DNA from: an uncultured virus (IMG/VR IMGVR_UViG_3300008448_009590)
Lineage: Duplodnaviria > Heunggongvirae > Uroviricota > Caudoviricetes
DNA: 20,000 bases
Direction: 5' to 3' (one strand)
IMG/VR virus record: IMGVR_UViG_3300008448_009590
Shown: piece after piece, positions 1 through 9,400 of the stretch
Numbering within the stretch: the stretch's first letter is position 1
Layout of the letters: each line of letters starts with the position of its first letter
Notes under the pieces: generated by a model
Seen by the model: the letters and a program-made list of their open reading frames with translations, nothing else
What the model was told of the DNA's origin: nothing
The model's database searches: none
Made by a program: the position numbers and the translations under genes

Positions 1-148
1 TGCAAACGTCATTACAGATGTAATATCAATTCGTGGATATGATCCAATTAATTATACAAATACTGTTTATACTCATGCAAATGCATCTTACTCTGCAGCA
101 AATACTGCTATATCCGACGCTTTAGCCTTTGCCATTGCACTAGGATAA
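1..148 (+). CDS. 3' end of an upstream fibre-like protein (partial), paralogous to the 3128-aa protein
   Basis: The frame from base 2 reads ANVITDVISIRGYDPINYTNTVYTHANASYSAANTAISDALAFAIALG, with TAA at 146-148. TDVISIRGYDPINYTN also occurs in the giant ORF near 5204-5251. Not in the ORF track. Confidence 0.85.
   Translation, partial: ANVITDVISIRGYDPINYTNTVYTHANASYSAANTAISDALAFAIALG
17..57 (+). repeat. 41-bp exact direct repeat shared with 5207-5247
   Basis: gatgtaatatcaattcgtggatatgatccaattaattatac is read at both positions. Confidence 0.9.
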
Positions 149-151
149 ATA
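144..151 (+). promoter_or_regulatory. T4-type late promoter (NATAAATA)
   Basis: GATAAATA overlaps the upstream stop, about 20 nt before ATG 172; a GAGG RBS lies at 161-164. Matches the gp55-dependent TATAAATA/NATAAATA consensus. Confidence 0.7.
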
Positions 152-171
152 TTGTTTATTGAGGAAAATAA

Positions 172-495
172 ATGGCAAATACGTTTAAAAATAGTTTTTC
201 ACAAAGTGTAGGTCAAACTTCAGACACAATTTATACTGCTACTGGTGTTCAAGCCACCGTTATAGGTATGAGTGTTGCGAATGTTACTCAGGCAGATGTA
301 AAAGCAAATGTTTTTGTTACTTCTTCCGGAACAGATTATTTCTTAGTTAAAAGTGCATTGATAGAACCTGGTAGTGCATTAGTTCCTATTGGAGGAGATC
401 AAAAATTGGTTTTAGAGTCTGGTGACTTAATTAAAGTTCAATCAGATACATCTTCTTCTTTAGATGTAATCTTAAGCGTATTAGAAATAAGCTAA
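172..495 (+). CDS. Small beta-rich virion/fibre-associated protein (putative adaptor 1)
   Basis: 107 aa with an RBS, starting MANTFKN and ending SVLEIS. Aligns by eye with the 121-aa ORF at 9888. Confidence 0.75.
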   Translation: MANTFKNSFSQSVGQTSDTIYTATGVQATVIGMSVANVTQADVKANVFVTSSGTDYFLVKSALIEPGSALVPIGGDQKLVLESGDLIKVQSDTSSSLDVILSVLEIS

Positions 496-496
496 C

Positions 497-3400
497 ATGA
501 CATATTCTTATATTGGCAATCAGTCTACTTCCAATCAACTTAATAAAGTTAAAACTGAAGCTAACTCAGCATTTAGTGCTGCAAATTCTTCAGGTTCTTA
601 TGCTAACTCAGCATTTAGTGCTGCCAATACAGCCGACAGTAAGGCTGTAACATCTGGATTATATGCTAATTCAGCCTACGCTTTAGCTAATACTGTATCC
701 TCTGGTGCAATCGATAATTATGCTAGACCACATGCTAACGCTGCATTTGAGGTAGCTAACAGTAGTTCTTCTTATTCTAATTCTGCATTTTTAGCAGCCA
801 ATACATCAGACAGTAAAGCTGTTACGGCTGGTTCTTATGCTAACTCTGCTTATGGTCAAGCAAACACTGCCACAACTAATGCTGCTACGGCCGATACTAA
901 AGCTGTAGATGCTGGTAATTACGCTAATTCAGCGTTTGGTATTGCCAACACAGCAAATGTCAATTCTATTTCTGCTGGCAGTTATGCTAACTCTGCTTAT
1001 ACTCAAGCAAATACCGCAACTACAAATGCTGCTACAGCTGATGGTAAAGCAGTAACAGCTGGCAGTTATGCTAACTCATCCTTCAGTGCAGCTAATACTG
1101 CTGACGGTAAAGCTGTAACATCTGGATCATACGCTAACTCAGCATTTGCAACAGCTAATACTGTTGATGATAAAGTATCAACATCTGGATCATACGCTAA
1201 CTCAGCATTTGGTGCTGCCAATACAGCGGATACTAAAGCAGTAAACGCTGGATCATATGCTAATGCTGCCTTTGGTCAGGCTAATACAGCCACAACTAAT
1301 GCGGCTACGGCCGATAGTAAGGCTGTTAGTGCTGGTAATTATGCTAACGCAGCATTTGATGTTGCTAACACTGCTGATGGTAAAGCTGTAACAGCTGGAT
1401 CGTATGCTAATTCGGCATATGTTCAGGCTAATACAGCTACTACTAATGCGGCCACTGCTGACAGTAAAGCAGTAAGTGCTGGAGAATATGCTAACTCATC
1501 TTTTGGTGCAGCTAATACTGCTGATAGTAAAGCTGTAACAGCTGGTAATTACGCTAACTCAGCATTTGGTTCTGCAAACACCGCAGACGCTAAGGCTGTA
1601 ACATCTGGATTATATGCTAATGCAGCCTATGCTTTAGCTAATACTATATCTTCTGGTGCAATTGATAACTATGCTAGACCTCATGCTAATGCTGCATTTG
1701 AGGTAGCTAATTCAGCTTCCAGTTATGCTAACAATGCATTTGCTTCTGCTAACACGGCCGATAGTAAAGCAGTAACATCTGGTAGCTATGCTAACTCAGC
1801 ATTTAGTGCTGCCAATAACAAATATTCTTCCTCTGGTGGTACTATTACAGGAGATGTTGTTGTTACTGGTAATTTGACAGTAAGTGGAACTCAGACTATT
1901 ATTAATACTGAGACATTAAATCTTGCTGACAATCTAATTGACCTCAATAGTAACTTTACATCGGGAGCACCTACTGAAAATGCCGGTATAAGAATTATAC
2001 GCGGTGATGAGTTGCCCGTACAATTGAGATGGAATGAAACTGTAGATCAATGGCAATTTACTGTTGATGGATCTAATTATAATAACATAGCTTCACAATC
2101 AGTAGAAAGTTATGCTAACTCAGCCTTTGGTACTGCTAATACAGTAGACAGTAAAGCAGTAACAGCTGGCAGTTATGCTAATTCCGCTTTTGGTACTGCT
2201 AATACAGCTACTGCAAATGCTGCTACAGCTGATGGTAAAGCAGTAACAGCTGGCAGTTATGCTAATAGTGCTTTTGCTGCTGCGAATACTGTTTTAAGTG
2301 GTTCAGTTGACAACTATGCTAGACCTCATGCTAATGCAGCATTTGAGGTAGCTAATAGTTCCTCTGTTTATGCTAATTCGGCTTACGGTCAGGCTAATAC
2401 CGCAACTACCAATGCGGCTACTGCTGACAGTAAAGCGATAAGTGCTGGCAGTTATGCTAATTCAGCATTTAGTTCTTCTAACACCGCCACAACAAATGCT
2501 GCTACTGCTGACAGTAAAGCAGTAAGTGCTGGAGAATATGCTAACTCTGCTTACGGTCAAGCTAACACCGCAATCACTAATGCTGCTACTGCCGATTCTA
2601 AAGCTGTATCAGCAAGTGACTATGCTAATGGTGCATTTAATACTGCGAATAGTGGTTCGAGTTATGCTAATTCAGCATTTTTAACATCCAATACTGCTGA
2701 TAGTAAAGCTGTAACATCTGGTAATTATGCTAATGCAGCCTTTGCTTTAGCTAACACAGTATCAAGTGGATCGGTTGATAACTACGCTAGACCACATGCT
2801 AACGCAGCATTTGAGGTAGCTAATTCAGCTTCCAGTTATGCTAACGGTGCATTTGCTTCTGCTAACACGGCCGATAGTAAAGCAGTAAGTGCTGGTAATT
2901 ACGCTAACTCGGCTTATACTCAAGCAAATACTGCTACGACTAATGCTGCAACTGCTGATGGTAAAGCAACAAGTGCTGGTTCATATGCTAATTCAGCTTA
3001 TACTCAAGCAAACACTGCTACGACTAATGCTGCAACTGCTGATGATAAAGCAACAAGTGCTGGTTCATATGCTAACTCCGCATTTAGTTCTTCTAATACT
3101 AAATTCTCATCTTCTGGTGGTACTATTACAGGAGATATTGTCGTTACTGGTAATTTAACGGTAAGTGGAACTAGAACGATAGTAGATACAGAAATTGTAA
3201 CTATAGCTGATAATTTAATTGATCTTAACAGTAATTTTGTTACCGGTACTCCTACTGAAAATGGTGGCATAAGGGTTATCCGAGGTGATGAAGTACCTGT
3301 ACAATTAAGATGGAATGAAAGTGCAAAATATTGGCAGTTCAGTAATGATGGTGTATCATATTCAAATGTAGCTTCTCAAATATCTGAACAATATGCCAAC

Positions 3401-6400
3401 TCGGCATTTGCAACTGCTAACTCCGCTGATAGTAAAATAACTACAGTAGGTAACTATGCTAACTCGGCATTTGGTGCTGCTAATACATCAGACAGTAAAG
3501 CTGTAACAGCTGGATCGTATGCTAACTCTGCTTATGGTCAAGCAAATACAGCAACTACGAATGCTGCTACGGCCGATACTAAAGCTGTAACAGCTGGCAG
3601 TTATGCTAATGCAGCCTTTGCTTTAGCTAATACAGTATCAAGTGGTTCGGTTGATAATTATGCTAGACCACATGCTAATGCTGCATTCAATACTGCTAAT
3701 AGTGGATCAAGTTATGCTAACTCTGCATTTGGTGCAGCTAATACTGCTGACTCTAAAGCAGTAACATCTGGTAATTACGCTAACTCAGCTTATGGTCAGG
3801 CTAATACAGCAACTACGAATGCTGCTACTGCTGACGGTAAAGCAGTAACAGCTGGATTGTATGCTAATGGTGCGTACAGTGCAGCTAATACTGCTGACGA
3901 TAAAGCAATAACATCAGGATCATATGCCAATTCAGCATATGGACAAGCAAATACAGCAACTACCAATGCGGCCACTGCTGACAGTAAAGCAGTAACGGCA
4001 GGAGACTATGCTAACTCATCCTTCAGTGCAGCTAATACTGCTGACGGTAAAGCTGTAACAGCTGGTAATTACGCTAACTCAGCCTATGGTCAAGCAAACA
4101 CCGCAAACACCAATGCTGCAACTGCTGATGGTAAAGCAGTAACAGCTGGCAGTTATGCTAATAGTGCTTTTGCAGCTGCCAATAATGCGGTAGATACTTG
4201 GGTTAGAGATGCTGCCAATAGTGCATCTAGTTATGCTAATTCAGCATTTGGCGCAGCGAATACATCTGACAGTAAAGCTGTAACAGCTGGCAGTTATGCT
4301 AACTCATCATTTACAAAAGCAAATTCTGCTTATGACTTAGCTTCAGCTGTAGCGGCAAATGGTAATTTTATATTGAGTGTTAAAAATGACACTTTTGTTG
4401 GAACGGGTTCTTGTACAACTTTTCAATTATCAACAACTCCTGCAAATGAAGATTATACTTTAATTACTATAGAAGGTGTCACTCAATTAAAATCTTCTTA
4501 TAGTTTATCTGCTGCAAATGTTATATTTTCTGAAGCGCCAAAGTTAAGTGATAATATTGATGTATTAGTATTTTCTTCTGATGTTAATCCTTCATTTGGT
4601 GCAGCCAACTCAGCAGGACTTTATGCTAATGCTGCCTTTGCTTTAGCTAATGCAGTTTCGAGTGGTTCTGTTGATGCTTATGCCAGACCTCATGCTAATG
4701 CTGCCTTTGATGTAGCTAACAGTGCTTCTGGTTATGCCAATTCAGCATTTGGTGCAGCTAATACTGCAACTACTAATGCGGCCACTGCTGACAGCAAAGC
4801 TGTAACAGCGGGTAGTTATGCCAACTCAGCATTTAATACTGCGAATAATAACGTATCAAATACTGGCGGCACAATCTCTGGCGATTTAAGTATTACTGGC
4901 AATTTAACAGTATTTGGCAATGCAACCTCAATTGCAGTCTCTAGTATAAAAATAGATGATTCTTTAATTCAGTTAGCTGCTAATAATGAATCTGATGCAA
5001 TTGATATCGGGTTTTTTGGACATTATAGTACTGATGCTGGAGTAACTCAGAAACATACTGGTTTATTCCGTGATGCTACCGATGGTCGTTATTATTTGTT
5101 TTACAATTACGAAGATGCCAGTTTCGATACACTAACACCGAATAATGTAATTGATGTTGCTAATTCTACTTTTAGAGTTGCCAATTTAACTGCGAATATT
5201 GTTACGGATGTAATATCAATTCGTGGATATGATCCAATTAATTATACTAATTCTGCTTTTAATGCAGCAAATACAGCAGATAGTAAAGCAGTATCAGCTG
5301 GTAGTTATTCTAACGCAGCATTTGAGGCAGCTAATAGTTCTTCTGGTTATGCTAATTCAGCTTATGGCCAAGCAAACACTGCCACAACTAATGCTGCGAC
5401 TGCTGATGGTAAAGCTGTAACAGCTGGCATTTATGCTAATGCTGCGTTTGCTTTAGCTAATACAATCTCAAGTGGTTCAGTTGACAACTATGCTAGACCA
5501 CATGCTAATGCTGCATTTGAGGTAGCTAATTCAGCTTCCAGTTATGCTAACGGTGCATTTGGTGTGGCTAATACAGCAGATAGTAAAGCCGTAAGTGCGG
5601 GACTTTATGCTAATGCAGCATTTGGTACTGCTAATTCAGCTTCAAGTTATGCTAACTCAGCATTTGGTACTGCTAATACGGCAGATGCTAACGCTGGAAC
5701 TGCTGATAGTAAAGCTGTAACAGCTGGTAACTATGCTAACTCTGCATTTAGTGTTGCTAATACGTCAGACAGTAAAGCTGTAACAGCTGGCAGTTATGCT
5801 AATGCAGCCTTTGCTTTAGCTAATACAGTTTCAAGTGGTTCAGTTGACAACTATGCTAGACCACATGCTAATGCAGCATTTGAGGTAGCTAACAGTGCTT
5901 CTGGTTATGCTAACTCAGCTTATGGTCAAGCTAATACATCAGACAGTAAAGCAACGAGTGCTGGCAGTTATGCTAACTCAGCTTATGGTCAGGCTAATAC
6001 AGCTACTACCAATGCTGCGACTGCTGATCAGAAAGCAGTTACTTCGGGTTCTTATGCTAATTCTGCATTTGATACTGCTAATACAGCCACAACTAATGCT
6101 TCTAATGCCAACAGTAATGCTTTAATTGCTGGATCGTATGCTAACTCAGCATTTGCTGCTGCTAACAATGCTACAGACACATGGGTAAGAAATGCTGCTA
6201 ATGCAGCTTCCAGTTATGCCAATTCAGCATTTGGTACTGCAAATACATCGGATTCTAAGTCTCAATCCGCAAGTTTGTATGCTAATGCTGCTTTTGCTTT
6301 AGCTAATACACTATCTTCAGGTAATGTAGATCAGTATGCTAGAGACCTATCTAATGCAGCATCATTACATTCAAATACCGCATTTAATTTTGCAAATACT

Positions 6401-9400
6401 TTAATAGGAACTGGAACATCAATAGTTGGTTATGTAGATGAGTTTTTGGGCGATGGAGCTTGTACAGAATTTACACTAATAAACACTCCTAATAGTGAGA
6501 ATTTAACTTTAATAAGCATTTCCGGATTAGTTCAGTCTAAAAACAATTATTCGTTAACGGGTAATGTAATAACATTTAGTACAGCACCTCCATTAAATTC
6601 CAAAATTGAAATTAATACTTTCTCTGGCGGCGGCGCAGGATTAAGTTTTGATGCTGCTAATTCAGCTGGTTTATATGCTAATGCAGCTTTTGCTTTAGCT
6701 AACACAGTTTCAAGTGGCTCAGTTGATAATTATGCTAGACCTAATTCTAATGCTGCATTTGAAGCAGCTAATAGTGGATCAAGTTATGCTAACTCAGCTT
6801 ATGGTCAAGCTAATACAGCTACTACAAATGCTGCAACTGCTGATGGTAAAGCTGTAACAGCTGGCAGTTATGCTAATAGTGCTTATGGTCAAGCTAATAC
6901 AGCTACTACAAATGCTGCTACTGCTGACAGTAAAGCAGTAACAGCTGGCGATTATGCTAATTCGGCATTTGGTGTAGCAAATACAAAATATTCTTCTTCT
7001 GGTGGCACTGTTTCTGGCGATGTAATCATTACTGGTAACTTAACCGTAAGTGGAACTAGAACGATAGTAGATACAGAAATTGTAACTATAGCTGATAATT
7101 TAATTGATCTTAACAGTAATTTTACAACAGGAACACCCACTGAAAATGGTGGCATAAGAGTAATTCGTGGAGATGAAGTACCTGTACAATTAAGATGGAA
7201 TGAAAGTGCAAAATATTGGCAGTTCAGTAATGATGGTGCCTCTTTTATTAATATTTCTTCACAGTCAGCAGAAAGTTATTCTAATGCTGCATTTAGTGTT
7301 GCCAACTCATCATCCAGTTATGCTAACTCAGCATTTGCTGCTGCTAACAATGCTACAGACACATGGGTAAGAAATGCTGCTAATGCAGCTTCCAGTTATG
7401 CCAATTCAGCATTTGGTACTGCAAATAGCGCAACTACTAATGCTGCAACTGCTGATGGTAAAGCTGTAACAGCTGGCAGTTATGCTAACTCAGCATTTGG
7501 TGCTGCCAATACGTCAGATTCAAAAGCTTTAAGTGCAGGACTTTATGCTAATGCTGCCTTTGATTTAGCTAACACAATTTCTAGTGGTTCAGTTGATAAC
7601 TACGCTAGACCTCATGCTAATGCTGCATATAATACTGCTAACAGTGCTTCCAGTTATGCTAATTCTGCATTTGATACTGCTAATACAGTAGATAGTAAAG
7701 TAGTAACATCTGGCAGTTATGCTAATGGAGCTTATACTCAAGCAAATACCGCAACTACAAATGCTGCAACTGCTGATGGTAAAGCTGTAACAGCAGGATC
7801 TTATGCTAACTCAGCTTATACTCAAGCTAATACCGCAACTACTAATGCTGCAACTGCTGATGGTAAAGCAGTAACAGCTGGCAGTTATGCTAATGCTGCA
7901 TTTGCTTTAGCTAATACAATCTCAAGTGGATCAATTGATAGCTATGCCAGACCTCATGCTAATGCTGCTTTTGAGGTAGCTAATAGTGCTTCTGGTTATG
8001 CTAATGCTGCATTTGCTTTAGCTAACACAATTTCAAGTGGCTCAGTTGACAATTATGCTAGACCTCATGCTAATGCAGCTTTTGAGGTAGCTAATAGTGC
8101 TTCCAGTTATGCTAATGCAGCATTTGATACTGCTAATACGGCAGATAGTAAATCAGTAACATCTGGTAACTATGCTAATGGAGCTTATACTCAAGCAAAT
8201 ACAGCCACAACTAATGCTGCAACTGCCGATTCTAAAGCAGTAACATCTGGATCGTATGCTAATAGTGCTTTTGGTACTGCTAATACAGCCACAACTAATG
8301 CTGCAACTGCTGATGGTAAAGCAGTATCAGCTGGCAGTTATGCTAACTCAGCATTTGGTACTGCTAATACAGCCACAACTAATGCTGCAACTGCTGATGG
8401 TAAAGCAGTATCAGCTGGCAGTTATGCTAACTCAGCATTTGGTACTGCTAATACATCGGACAGTAAAGCAGTAACATCTGGATCGTATGCTAATAGTGCT
8501 TTTGGTACTGCTAATACAGCCACAACTAATGCTGCAACTGCCGATTCTAAAGCTGTAACAGCTGGCAGTTATGCTAACTCAGCATTTGGTACTGCTAACA
8601 ATAAATTAAATTCTTCTGGTGGTACAATTTCTGGTGATTTAACTGTTAATGGAAATATTAGTGTAACAGGTTGTACAACGACATTAACAGTCAATACATT
8701 AAGAACTTCAGATCATATTATCGATTTAGGATTTGGCACTGTAGGAGTTCCTACACAAAATGCAGGTATAAGAATACTTCGTGGTGATGAAAATCCTGTG
8801 CAATTGAGATGGGTTGAAGATGACAATTCATGGGAATTTACCAACGATGGTGCAAATTATTTAAAAATAGGTGCTCAATCTGGTGAAATTTATGCTAATT
8901 TAGCATTTACTGCTGCTAATACACCAAGTCATGTAGCTAATTCTGCATCAAGTTATGCTAATGCATCTTTCATACATGCTAATGCAGCTTTTGCTGTTGC
9001 TAACTCCGGTGGAGGTGCTGGTACAGACTCTTACGCAAGAGACACCGCAAACTCAGCTAGTGTGTATGCTAATGCAGCCTTTGCTGCAGCAAATACAGGA
9101 GGTGGTGGAGGCGGAGGTACAGGTCAATATGCATCTACGATGAAAGTGGACTCATTCACTGGAACTGGTGCCTGTACACAATTTACACTGACACAAGAAC
9201 CAAGTGGTGAAGATTATACAATTGTTTCTTTGAACGGTATTTTACAACACAAGTCAGCATACTCTTTATCGGGTTCTATTGTAACATTCTCTGAAGCTCC
9301 AGAAAATAATATTGCTATTGATATTGTTTCGTTAGTAAATAAAGTTGCTGGCGGCTCTTCGGAAATTGTTGTTGATAACTTTACTGGCACGGGTGCATGT

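Noticed and set aside
3161..7238. Diversity-generating retroelement template/variable repeat pair
   Set aside because: Many differences have A in one copy, but several do not and nearly all are synonymous. Both copies are coding parts of one ORF, and there is no reverse transcriptase in the window.
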